Shown: piece by piece, positions 30,010 through 39,175 of the stretch
How positions within the stretch are numbered: position 1 is the stretch's first letter
How the letters are laid out: each line of letters begins with the position of its first letter
NCBI GenBank assembly: GCA_963675755.2
Contig: CAXXMD010000003.1
Coordinates: forward strand, 2,368,001 to 2,432,000
Direction: 5' to 3'
Source: a bacterium
Lineage (GTDB): Bacteria; Zhuqueibacterota; Zhuqueibacteria; Residuimicrobiales; Krinioviventaceae
DNA: 64,000 nt
Program-made: the position numbers and the translations under genes
The notes under the pieces: model-generated
Seen by the model: only the letters and a program-made list of their open reading frames with translations
Told to the model about the DNA's origin: nothing
Database searches by the model: none

Positions 30010-32040
30010 ATGAAACGTATTCTATTCCTGATTCTGGTCCCCATATTGTTATTTGCACAAAACAGTGTTGAACTGTTTCATGATGATTTTAGCGAGCTGC
30101 CACGCGGTCCTTTTTCTGTCGTCGTAGGGGCTCACACTGAATATCATTATCTGCACGAAGCTGCACCCAAGGGCAATTGGGCAGTGACCACTTTTCGGTT
30201 CAGCCCTGCAAACATGCGCGCCTGGCAGGTCCGTGATGTGAATAACGACCGCATAATGTTCCAGACATTCACCAATAAAGATACACATACCCATCCCATG
30301 ATCGTGGCGGGTGACAGCTTGTGGAAGAATTATACTGTTAAAGTTGTATTCTCACCTGAGAACAAGAACGGACAAAGCGGGATGATCTTTCGTTATCACA
30401 ATGATCGCTGTAATTATTTTTTCGGTGTGAATGGTGACAAGGCGATCCTGAAAAAAGTCAATCATGGCATTGCGTTCCGCAAAGCAAAAGAAACCATTCT
30501 AGCCGAAGCATCCTGTTCCTGGAGTGCCGGTCAATGGCTGACCGCAACTGTAACTGTTAACGGCAGCTCAATAACTGCAGAGCTGGACAATGGTGTGAAA
30601 TTGACTGCTGTTGATGATTCTTTTCCACAGGGCAAAATTGCGTTAATGTCAGATATTCCTACTCGCTATACAGAAGTTACAGTTACTTCAATAATATCCG
30701 AAAGACAGCGGATTGAAAAAACAAGCGGGAAATATACTAAAATAGAGGCGGACCTGCGGGCCGCTAATCCCAAACCGGTTGTCTGGAAAAAGATCAATAC
30801 CACCGAGTTTGGTGTGGGACGTTGTGTACGTTTTGGTGATTTGAACAATGACGGTCAGATCGATGTGTTGATCGGACAGGTTTTGAATCATGGTCACAAG
30901 GACAGAAACAGCGAACTGAGCTGTATGACAGCCATGACTTTTGACGGTGAACGCCTCTGGCAAGTCGGTGAGCAGGATCTGTGGAAAGATAATCTTACCA
31001 GTGATGTTGGTTTTCAGATCCATGATATTAATAATGATGGAAAAACCGAAGTAATATATACCCGTAATTTTGAAATTATTGTTGCTGATGGCGCAACCGG
31101 CAAAACGCTGTACAAGGCACCTACGCCGGATGTTCCCAATGGCATGTCGCCTTCAGGCGAGAATAAATTTGAAAAGATATTAGGGGATTGTATCTATTTC
31201 TGTGATCTGCGTGGCAAAGGATATGATTCGGATATTATTATCAAGGACCGGTATAAAGATCTTTGGGCCTATACGGATAAACTGGAGTTGATGTGGCATG
31301 CATCCTGTAAAACCGGGCACTATCCCTTTGCTTATGATGTTGATAATGATGGTAAGGACGAATTGGCTATTGGATACTCTTTGATTGATGATGACGGCTC
31401 GTTCATTTGGAACAAAGATGATGAGATCAATGATCATGCAGATGGTGTAGCTATCTTGCAGATGAAAGAGGGAGCGGATCCCATTTTGTTCAACTCGGCA
31501 AGCGATGAGGGAATGATTTTTATGGACCTCAAGGGTAATATCCTCAAACACCATTATCTGGGACATGTTCAGAATCCTGCTGCTGCCAATTTTAGAGATG
31601 ATCTTCCGGGATTAGAGCTGGTATCCATCAATTTCTGGGGAAATCAGGGTATAATCCATTATTATAATTCTGATGGTGAGGTATATCAGGATATAGAACC
31701 CAACCAATACGGCAGTATGTGTTTGCCTATAAACTGGACAGGCAAATCTGAAGAATTTTTTGTTCATAATCCCAATGTGGATGAAGGCGGTATGTTTGAC
31801 GGTTGGGGTCGCAAGGTCGTTGTGTTCCCGGATGACGGACACCCGGATATGTGTAATGCAGTATTGGATATTACCGGAGATTGCCGGGATGAAGTTGTGG
31901 TATGGAACCAGTATGAAATGTGGGTCTATACCCAGGATGATAATCCTAAATCCGGCAAGTTGTACAAGCCCAAACGCAATCATTTGTACAATATATCAAA
32001 CTATCAGGCAACGGTATCGTTACCCGGATGGTCAAAATAG
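30010..32040 (+). CDS. Secreted ConA-like domain plus FG-GAP beta-propeller protein (rhamnogalacturonan lyase PL11-like)
   Basis: Signal peptide MKRILF; GDLNNDGQID, DINNDGKTE, DVDNDGKDE, DITGDCRDE repeats. Confidence 0.72.
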   Translation: MKRILFLILVPILLFAQNSVELFHDDFSELPRGPFSVVVGAHTEYHYLHEAAPKGNWAVTTFRFSPANMRAWQVRDVNNDRIMFQTFTNKDTHTHPMIVAGDSLWKNYTVKVVFSPENKNGQSGMIFRYHNDRCNYFFGVNGDKAILKKVNHGIAFRKAKETILAEASCSWSAGQWLTATVTVNGSSITAELDNGVKLTAVDDSFPQGKIALMSDIPTRYTEVTVTSIISERQRIEKTSGKYTKIEADLRAANPKPVVWKKINTTEFGVGRCVRFGDLNNDGQIDVLIGQVLNHGHKDRNSELSCMTAMTFDGERLWQVGEQDLWKDNLTSDVGFQIHDINNDGKTEVIYTRNFEIIVADGATGKTLYKAPTPDVPNGMSPSGENKFEKILGDCIYFCDLRGKGYDSDIIIKDRYKDLWAYTDKLELMWHASCKTGHYPFAYDVDNDGKDELAIGYSLIDDDGSFIWNKDDEINDHADGVAILQMKEGADPILFNSASDEGMIFMDLKGNILKHHYLGHVQNPAAANFRDDLPGLELVSINFWGNQGIIHYYNSDGEVYQDIEPNQYGSMCLPINWTGKSEEFFVHNPNVDEGGMFDGWGRKVVVFPDDGHPDMCNAVLDITGDCRDEVVVWNQYEMWVYTQDDNPKSGKLYKPKRNHLYNISNYQATVSLPGWSK

Positions 32041-32046
32041 AATTAT

Positions 32047-32086
32047 AAAAGCCTTTCCTTGAATCAATAGAGGAAAGGCTTTTTTT
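32047..32086 (+). terminator. Intrinsic terminator
   Basis: AAAAGCCTTTCCT...AGGAAAGGCTTTTTTT. Confidence 0.85.
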
Positions 32087-32386
32087 GTTCAAAAATAGTG
32101 TGTTGTTTAAGCAGGGGGAATATGTAATTTGTCAAGTATCCACCAGGTAAAAAAACAAACTATCCCACTCATAAATGCTTATAACTCCCAAAATTGATAT
32201 GCAGAATCCATTTTAAATTTGGGTGCTGTATTGAGGCTTTTTACTCAATTATAATTAACAGAGCAAGGACAATACTTGCATGGTTTATAAGGTTGAGACG
32301 GTGTAGAATAGGGGGAAGGTTTTGCAAAAAAATAAAGTTGACTATTAGAATAAGAAACGAGAATTAATAAAAAAAGTTCTTTTTTA

Positions 32387-32412
32387 TGAAACAATTTGTA
32401 TTTATATTGGTA
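32387..32412 (+). promoter_or_regulatory. Candidate ECF-sigma promoter
   Basis: TGAAAC-N16-GGTA, 52 nt before the TetR start; -10 element is a variant. Confidence 0.45.
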
Positions 32413-32464
32413 TACGATATATATGGTTTTTTACAGAAAAAGTAAGGTTTGAGGTTTTTCGTAA

Positions 32465-33079
32465 ATGGAATTTAATTTCAACAATATTGAAGGAAGTAAA
32501 AAGTATAAACAGCTCTTGAATACAGCCAAGGATCTATTTTTTAAATATGGCGTGAAACGGGTGTCAGTTGAAGAGGTTTGTGAAAAAGCCAATGTTAGTA
32601 AAATGACGTTTTATAAATATTTTGATAACAAGCTGGCTCTGATGATTTTTATTCTGCAATCTTTTTACGATTGGGGTGCTCAGGTATTTATGGATATTTG
32701 GGAATCTGATACTACTTTTGGAGAAAAAATCAAGCGGGCGGTGCAATTTAAAATGCAGCTTACCCGCGAGCTAGGTGACGACATGGTGCTGGAACTGATG
32801 AACTCGTCTTTTCCTGAAATTAAAGAGATTTTGAAAAAACAGCAGGACTTTTGGATACAAAAACTGCTGACGTTCTTTGTAGAAGCCCAGATCAATGGTG
32901 AGATTCGGGAGGACGTAAAACCCGAGTTTATTTTGTTTGTGCTTACCCAGGTGGCATCGTGGGCTGAGAATGAACATTTATTGGCTTTGTATGACGATCC
33001 ACGTGATCTGATCCGCGAAGTGCTCAATTTTTATATTAACGGATTGATTATTAAAGAACCAATAGTTAAAGCTGAATAA
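32465..33079 (+). CDS. TetR/AcrR-family regulator
   Basis: AKDLFFKYGVKRVSVEEVCEKANVSKMTFYKYFDNK. Confidence 0.92.
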   Translation: MEFNFNNIEGSKKYKQLLNTAKDLFFKYGVKRVSVEEVCEKANVSKMTFYKYFDNKLALMIFILQSFYDWGAQVFMDIWESDTTFGEKIKRAVQFKMQLTRELGDDMVLELMNSSFPEIKEILKKQQDFWIQKLLTFFVEAQINGEIREDVKPEFILFVLTQVASWAENEHLLALYDDPRDLIREVLNFYINGLIIKEPIVKAE

Positions 33080-33163
33080 TTGATTAGGCTTCAGGGATTG
33101 AGGTTGTAGTTAAGATAGCTGTTTCAGCAAATTTGAAAATGTTTTGTGTTTTAAATATGAAAC

Positions 33164-33318
33164 GACAAAATGCAAAGAACGCCAAGATTACGCAGGGTTC
33201 GCAAAGTAATTTACAACGTTTTTATTGTTTGCTCATTAATCTCAAGAACCGGGATAGCTCTTGTACAAAAGTTTCTTTTGCGATTTCTGCGTTTTCATTG
33301 CGACCTTGGCGGTTTGTC
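33164..33318. repeat. REP-like inverted repeat, CGCA(A/G)AG family
   Basis: TGCAAAGAACGCCAAGATTACGCAGGGTTCGCAAAG ... TTTTGCGATTTCTGCGTTTTCATTGCGACCTTGGCGG; same periodicity as 29637-29887. Confidence 0.75.
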
Positions 33319-33336
33319 TTTAATGAATGAATTGAA

Positions 33337-34542
33337 ATGAAAAAAATATTGAAATACAAAATTTTATTTTTCCTCTGTGTATCCGTGGTTTCAACTGCTT
33401 TTACACAAAATCTGGAATGGAACGGGCAGGTATCCGGGTGGGGAATGGTCAATCGTGCGGATGAAACCGAGTTTCAGTTAGGTGTTCGGTATTTGCCAGA
33501 GGTCTATACCTCTATCTATCAGGGCAATACCCTCTCGATTGACGCGGAATTTTCTGCAAATCTATTCAGCTATCGTGATTTTGATGCCGGTAATACGGAC
33601 CATGATGAAAAGCTGTATCGTGCCTGGCTACGTTTCAGCACATCCACATTTGAGGCGCGGATCGGATTGCAAAAAATTAATTTTGGTCCCGCATTTATGC
33701 TGAGATCGTTGATGTGGTTCGATTCACTGGATCCCCGTGATCCCCAGCAGCTTACTGACGGCGTGTATGGCGTGTTGATACGGTACTATTTCCTGAATAA
33801 TGCCAATATCTGGCTGTGGGGATTGCTCCAAAATGATGAGCTCAAAGGAACCGAGTTTATTTACAGCGACAAGAATACACCGGAATGGGGCGGCAGGATT
33901 CAGCATCCGCTGGGTCAGGGAGAGGTTGCTATTACGGTACATCATCGGGAAACCGATATCAATAAAACAATTGACAGCTATATACCGCTGCCAATAGCAT
34001 TGGATATACCCAATATCACAGAGCAGCGATATGCCCTGGACGGGAAATGGGATTATGAATTGGGATTCTGGTTTGAAGCGGTATCCAGTCATTTTGAATT
34101 AAAAGATTTGGTTGATCATCCACTGTTACAGTATTCGTCCATGATGAATAACAGTGCGTTCGATTTTTTGAATACAGAGTATTTGAACCAGTTTACACTG
34201 GGTTCTGATTATACCTTTGGATGGGGTAATGGATTGCATGTTTTGGGTGAGTATATGTTTTTAAATACGGGTGAATCTGTCTCTTTTGAACAAGACTATA
34301 CTTTTTCTGCGGTTTTACTCGACTATCCTTTGAATATGTTTGATCAGCTTATGGGCCTTATATACTATGATCATGAAAACAAAAACGCTTTCTGGTATGC
34401 AAACTGGCGACGGACATATGACCATTGGTCATTGAACCTGATGGCCTTTCATTATCCTGAAACACCGGGTATGGCAATTATGGGTAGAAATCAGGCCAGC
34501 CTTGGAAAGGGAATACAAGTACTTTTGATCTACAATCATTAG
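33337..34542 (+). CDS. Outer-membrane beta-barrel protein associated with an ABC/LolA-like system
   Basis: Signal peptide; LYRAWL, RIGLQKINFG, FDSLDPRDP..GV; amphipathic strands. Confidence 0.72.
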   Translation: MKKILKYKILFFLCVSVVSTAFTQNLEWNGQVSGWGMVNRADETEFQLGVRYLPEVYTSIYQGNTLSIDAEFSANLFSYRDFDAGNTDHDEKLYRAWLRFSTSTFEARIGLQKINFGPAFMLRSLMWFDSLDPRDPQQLTDGVYGVLIRYYFLNNANIWLWGLLQNDELKGTEFIYSDKNTPEWGGRIQHPLGQGEVAITVHHRETDINKTIDSYIPLPIALDIPNITEQRYALDGKWDYELGFWFEAVSSHFELKDLVDHPLLQYSSMMNNSAFDFLNTEYLNQFTLGSDYTFGWGNGLHVLGEYMFLNTGESVSFEQDYTFSAVLLDYPLNMFDQLMGLIYYDHENKNAFWYANWRRTYDHWSLNLMAFHYPETPGMAIMGRNQASLGKGIQVLLIYNH

Positions 34543-34574
34543 CAGACAATATCAGTTGAATAAAGGAAGTGGTT

Positions 34575-35270
34575 ATGAACAATTCCATTTTAATTGAAAT
34601 GAAAGACATTGTTAAAGAGTATCCCATGGGTGGGCAAAAGTTGATAGCGCTTGACCATGTCAATCTCGAGTTCAAAAGCGGTGAATTTACCGGTATAGTG
34701 GGGCCTAGTGGATCGGGTAAAACCACATTGTTAAATATTATCGGTACGCTTGACAATCCCACGGAAGGTACAGCCCAGGTGCTTGGGAAAAATGTCGAAA
34801 AATTATCGCATAAACAGGCAGCAGAGTTGCGTAATTTGTATCTGGGTTTTATTTTTCAAACCTACAACTTGTTACCGGTCTATACGGTTTTTGAGAATGT
34901 GGAATTTCCACTCTTGTTACAAGGAATGACCGCATCGGAACGAAAAGAAAAGGTGATGCAGGCATTGGAATGGGTAGGATTGGCTGATCGTCATAAATCG
35001 AAACCGACCCAGCTCTCTGGCGGACAAAGTCAGCGTGTATCCATTGCGAGAGCGATTGTGAAAAATCCCAGAATTGTGCTGGCAGACGAACCTACCGCCA
35101 ATCTTGATGCAGAAAACTCGCACAATATACTTCAAGTTATGAAAGAATTAAACCAGGACCTGGGCATTACTTTTTTGTTCTCAACCCATGATGATAAAGT
35201 CGTAAAATACCTTGACCGTAAAATTACATTGGATGACGGCAAGGTTGTACTGGATGAAAAAACAAATTAA
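34575..35270 (+). CDS. ABC ATPase, LolD/MacB family
   Basis: GPSGSGKT, LSGGQSQRV, LADEPTANLD, STHD. Confidence 0.95.
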   Translation: MNNSILIEMKDIVKEYPMGGQKLIALDHVNLEFKSGEFTGIVGPSGSGKTTLLNIIGTLDNPTEGTAQVLGKNVEKLSHKQAAELRNLYLGFIFQTYNLLPVYTVFENVEFPLLLQGMTASERKEKVMQALEWVGLADRHKSKPTQLSGGQSQRVSIARAIVKNPRIVLADEPTANLDAENSHNILQVMKELNQDLGITFLFSTHDDKVVKYLDRKITLDDGKVVLDEKTN

Positions 35271-35272
35271 GG

Positions 35273-36454
35273 ATGAGCGTTATGTTGATTCCTAATCTTG
35301 CTATAAAGAATTTACTAGGTGCGGGACTCCGTACCTGGTTGAATGTATTTGTGCTTTCATTGTCCTTTGTTGCAATTATCGGAATGCAGGGATTGTATGA
35401 AGGCATGAATCGACAGGCCAGTACCGCTTTGATGCAGAGTGAATATGGCGGCGGGCAGTATTGGCAAAAGGATTATGATCCATATGATCCATTAACATTC
35501 GAAGACAGTCATGGCGAGTTACCCTCCGCTCTTGTCGAACAGGTTTCTCAGGGGAATGCTGTGCCAGTGCTTGTGACTCAGGCTACTGCGTATCCCAATG
35601 GCAGATTGTTAACAGTTATGATTAAAGGCGTTTTGCCAGAGCAGGATATTCTTGACTTTCCTTCCCGGGCATTACTGAATTCTGAAGCAGATCTGCCGGT
35701 TATGATTGGTGCAAGGATGGCTAAAAACGCCAAGCTTGCGGTGGGTGATTTGGTTACCGTACGCTGGCGGGATGCAAATGGTGTTTTTGATGCGGTTGAT
35801 GCTGAAATTGTGCATGTGTTTAAAACCACTGTCCCCAGTATTGATGCCGGACAAATGTGGGTACCTCTTGATGTGTTGCAGCAGAATATGCAAATGCCCG
35901 GTCATGCTACATTGGTAGTAGTTAAGCCCGGTTTGGAATTGAATGATAATTACAATAACTGGAGTTTTAAAAGTCTGGACTTTTTACTGGCAGATATTAA
36001 AGCCCTGGTGAAATCCAAATCTGCTGGTGCATCATTTCTGTATGCCATGCTCATGTTTTTGGCTATGCTGGCTATATTTGATACACAGGTGTTATCCATT
36101 GTGCGGAGAAGAAAAGAGATCGGAATGTTGATTGCAATGGGAATGACCCGTAATCGGGTGATTCGTTTATTCACAGTAGAGGGAGCCATGCATGGAGTTT
36201 TTGCGGCACTTTTCGCATTGTTGTATGGCGGTCCCTTGTTAACCTGGTTTTCCAGAGTTGGCTGGAAGCTGCCGGATTATTCTGATGATTTTGGTATAGC
36301 CATAAGCGAACGATTGTTCCCGGTTTATACCATCGGTTTGGTGGCTGGAACTGTGTTGATTGTTTTGATTACAACAACTATTATCAGTTTTTTACCAACA
36401 CGCCGAATCTCTAAAATGAAACCAACGGATGCATTGAGAGGAAAAAGAATATGA
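35273..36454 (+). CDS. ABC permease, FtsX/LolE-like
   Basis: 1+3 TM topology; RRRKEIGMLIAMGM; MKPTDALR. Confidence 0.9.
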   Translation: MSVMLIPNLAIKNLLGAGLRTWLNVFVLSLSFVAIIGMQGLYEGMNRQASTALMQSEYGGGQYWQKDYDPYDPLTFEDSHGELPSALVEQVSQGNAVPVLVTQATAYPNGRLLTVMIKGVLPEQDILDFPSRALLNSEADLPVMIGARMAKNAKLAVGDLVTVRWRDANGVFDAVDAEIVHVFKTTVPSIDAGQMWVPLDVLQQNMQMPGHATLVVVKPGLELNDNYNNWSFKSLDFLLADIKALVKSKSAGASFLYAMLMFLAMLAIFDTQVLSIVRRRKEIGMLIAMGMTRNRVIRLFTVEGAMHGVFAALFALLYGGPLLTWFSRVGWKLPDYSDDFGIAISERLFPVYTIGLVAGTVLIVLITTTIISFLPTRRISKMKPTDALRGKRI

Positions 36455-37722
36455 TCCGATTTTTAATAAAAGGTTTATTGCGGGAACGCTCAAGAAGCCT
36501 GTTCCCCATATTGATTGTTGCCGCCGGTGTAACGTTGTGTGTACTGGTCAACACCTGGATGCAAGGCGTGCAGAATGATGCTTTGTGGTCTACTGCGGTA
36601 TTTGCTAATGGGCATGAACGTGTAACCACACAAGCATATCTGGATGAGATAGATCAAATGCCTATTGATCTGGCATTAATGGATGTAACATCGCTTTTGG
36701 ATACATTAAATTCGCAATATCCGCAAATGTACTGGTCCCCCCGGATCCGTTTTGGCGGATTACTGGACATTCCGGATGATGCGGGAGAAACCCGCTCTCA
36801 GTCACCTGTGTTGGGAATGGCCCTTAATCTCATTGGTAAAGAAACACAGGATATCGACTTGATGAATTTTAATGATTCGTTAATCAGAGGCAGACTGCCC
36901 GAACAACCGGGTGAGATTTTGATTAGTGATTTACTTGCTCAGCGACTCAAAGTAGAGCCGGGTGAGACAGCCACCATTATCACAACATCCATGTATGGCA
37001 GTATGGTCATGTATAATTTAAAAATTGCAGGCACTATAAAATTTGGTATAACCGCATTAGATCGCAGTTTGATTGTTACGGATATTGCTGATGCTCAAAC
37101 TGCATTGGATATGCCGGATGCTGCAAGTGAGATTCTGGGATTTTCCATGGACAGGGTGTTTAATCCTGAAAAATGTGAGACGATTAAAAACAGTTTTAAT
37201 AACCAGTTTACACAAGCTGATGAGTTTACTCCGATCATGCAAAAGTTGACAGATGATCAGTCTATGGGTGAAATGTTTGAAATATTCGGTTCAGTTATAT
37301 GGGTTGCATTTGCGTTTTTTGTCTTTGTAATGTCTATCGTGTTATGGAATGCGGGCTTGATGGCAAGTATTCGCCGATATGGAGAGATTGGAGTTCGTCT
37401 GGCAATTGGTGAAGAAAAAGGACATGTATATCGTTCAATGTTGTTGGAATCCATAGCAATTGGTATTGCAGGTACCATATTGGGTACAGGTTTAGGGCTG
37501 GCAATATCATATTATTTACAGATTGTTGGTGTTGATATTTCGTCCATGATGAACGATGCAACTGCACTCATGTCTGATGTAATGCGGGCAAGAGTAACTC
37601 CCGAAAGTTATGTTGTAGGATTTATACCAGGTGTTGTAGCTCCGTTCATTGGCACCATGATTTCCGGAATGGGTATCTATAAAAGACAAACCTATCAATT
37701 GTTCAAGGAGCTTGAAGTATGA
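36451..37722 (+). CDS. ABC permease, FtsX/LolE-like (second subunit)
   Basis: GRLPEQPGEILI; RRYGEIGVRLAIG; ATGA overlaps with both neighbours. Confidence 0.9.
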   Translation: MIRFLIKGLLRERSRSLFPILIVAAGVTLCVLVNTWMQGVQNDALWSTAVFANGHERVTTQAYLDEIDQMPIDLALMDVTSLLDTLNSQYPQMYWSPRIRFGGLLDIPDDAGETRSQSPVLGMALNLIGKETQDIDLMNFNDSLIRGRLPEQPGEILISDLLAQRLKVEPGETATIITTSMYGSMVMYNLKIAGTIKFGITALDRSLIVTDIADAQTALDMPDAASEILGFSMDRVFNPEKCETIKNSFNNQFTQADEFTPIMQKLTDDQSMGEMFEIFGSVIWVAFAFFVFVMSIVLWNAGLMASIRRYGEIGVRLAIGEEKGHVYRSMLLESIAIGIAGTILGTGLGLAISYYLQIVGVDISSMMNDATALMSDVMRARVTPESYVVGFIPGVVAPFIGTMISGMGIYKRQTYQLFKELEV

Positions 37723-38453
37723 AAGCATGGATGGTTTTTATTATATGGCTGGGTGTTTCAGCATCCGTTTTTGCAATCACAGGTAATGAGATACTGGATA
37801 AAGTTGATGATAATATAACTTCTGATAATAAAATTGCAACATCAAAAATGATCATACACGGCAGACGGAACGATAGGACCGTCGAGTCACGTTCGTGGGT
37901 TCAGGGGACCTCGCAATCTTTTACTGAATACCTGGCTCCGGCAAGAGAAAAGGGTACCAAGATGCTCAAGCTTAAAGATGAATTGTGGACCTATTCGCCG
38001 CAAACAGACCGTACTATTCGCATTGCCGGACATATGCTGCGTCAATCCGTGATGGGATCGGATCTTTCGTATGAAGATTTTATGGAAGATCCGCGATTGT
38101 TAAATTTATATGACGCCGCAATTGACAGTGAGGTGGTTTACAATGACAGAACCTGCTGGATTTTAAAACTCACGGCAAAATCTGATGATGTTTCATATTA
38201 TACAAGAAGAGTATGGGTGGACAAGGAGCGGTTTATTCTGTTAAAAGAAAGCCGCTATGCCAAGAGCGGCAAACTGCTTAAAACAACAGAAGTTGAATCT
38301 GTAAAATGGATGGACAACCGCTGGGTACCGGTTCATGTCGTTTTCAAAGATGCTTTGCAAAAGGGAAAGGGGACGGAGTTCATAATCGAGACAATCCAAT
38401 TCAACCAGGACATACCGGAGCATGTGTTTTCAAAGGCATCATTAAGAAGGTGA
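37719..38453 (+). CDS. LolA-like outer-membrane lipoprotein-sorting protein
   Basis: ITGNEILDKVD, APAREKGTKML, SVMGSDLSYED, FSKASLRR. Confidence 0.85.
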   Translation: MKAWMVFIIWLGVSASVFAITGNEILDKVDDNITSDNKIATSKMIIHGRRNDRTVESRSWVQGTSQSFTEYLAPAREKGTKMLKLKDELWTYSPQTDRTIRIAGHMLRQSVMGSDLSYEDFMEDPRLLNLYDAAIDSEVVYNDRTCWILKLTAKSDDVSYYTRRVWVDKERFILLKESRYAKSGKLLKTTEVESVKWMDNRWVPVHVVFKDALQKGKGTEFIIETIQFNQDIPEHVFSKASLRR

Positions 38454-38491
38454 AAATTTTTTAAAAAAACACTGTTTTTTTTATTAATAAT

Positions 38492-38517
38492 TGAAACATG
38501 AAGGAGAACAATCCGTA
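38492..38517 (+). promoter_or_regulatory. ECF-sigma (SigW-like) promoter
   Basis: TGAAAC-N16-CGTA, identical to the B. subtilis SigW consensus. Confidence 0.65.
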
Positions 38518-38520
38518 TCG

Positions 38521-38540
38521 TATCTACCGAACGGTAGGTA
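38521..38540. promoter_or_regulatory. Candidate TetR operator
   Basis: TATCTACCG-AA-CGGTAGGTA palindrome directly before the second tetR. Confidence 0.7.
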
Positions 38541-38559
38541 AAATAAAAAAAGCAGTATT

Positions 38560-39156
38560 ATGATGCCAAACCCAGAGAATATCGAAAGTGCAAAGAAAAA
38601 AATTTTTTTAGCGGCCGCAAAACTTTTTGCGGATAAGGGTTTTAACGCGGTTTCTATGCGTGAAATTTCAGAAATGTCCGGTTTTTCAAAACCAACGATT
38701 TATTATTATTTTGGCAGCAAAGAAGGAATTTATTCCGAGCTGGTTTCAACCAGCATCCATCAAATCTTGACAGTCGTTGAACATGTAAATAATCTGGAAC
38801 TGCCGGTTATTGAAAAGTTGAGAGTGTTTGCCAAAATGTATTTTAAACATACAATTGAACATCCTGAATTTGCCCGGTTTACAATCAATCTGAGCTTGTC
38901 TGCAGAAAACCGGGGATGTAAAGTGCAGGAATTAAGTAATGTTTCAAATAATCAGGATGTGGTTACCGTTTTATTCAAAGAAGGAATAGAAAAAGGTGAG
39001 CTGAAAAGTAATATAAACCCGGAAGTCGCGGCTATGACTTATGGCGGCGCAATTATGCATTATACATTTCACTATCTTGCCGGTGATAGTGTAAAGCTGG
39101 ATGATGATCTGGCTGATTCAATTGTAGATATGATAGTTACCGGTATCGGAGTGTAA
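38560..39156 (+). CDS. TetR/AcrR-family regulator
   Basis: AAAKLFADKGFNAVSMREISEMSGFSKPTIYYYFGSKE. Confidence 0.93.
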   Translation: MMPNPENIESAKKKIFLAAAKLFADKGFNAVSMREISEMSGFSKPTIYYYFGSKEGIYSELVSTSIHQILTVVEHVNNLELPVIEKLRVFAKMYFKHTIEHPEFARFTINLSLSAENRGCKVQELSNVSNNQDVVTVLFKEGIEKGELKSNINPEVAAMTYGGAIMHYTFHYLAGDSVKLDDDLADSIVDMIVTGIGV

Positions 39157-39175
39157 TACTATATTGGAGGATACA

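Noticed and set aside
32107-32172. 21-aa hydrophobic minus-strand ORF (MSGIVCFFTWWILDKLHIPPA) as a possible small toxin
   Set aside because: GGAG is too far from the ATG and no antitoxin or supporting structure is visible; a chance ORF is likely
33133-33452. Short ORFs 33133-33330 (+) and 33222-33452 (-)
   Set aside because: They are translations of the repeat element or antisense to a real gene
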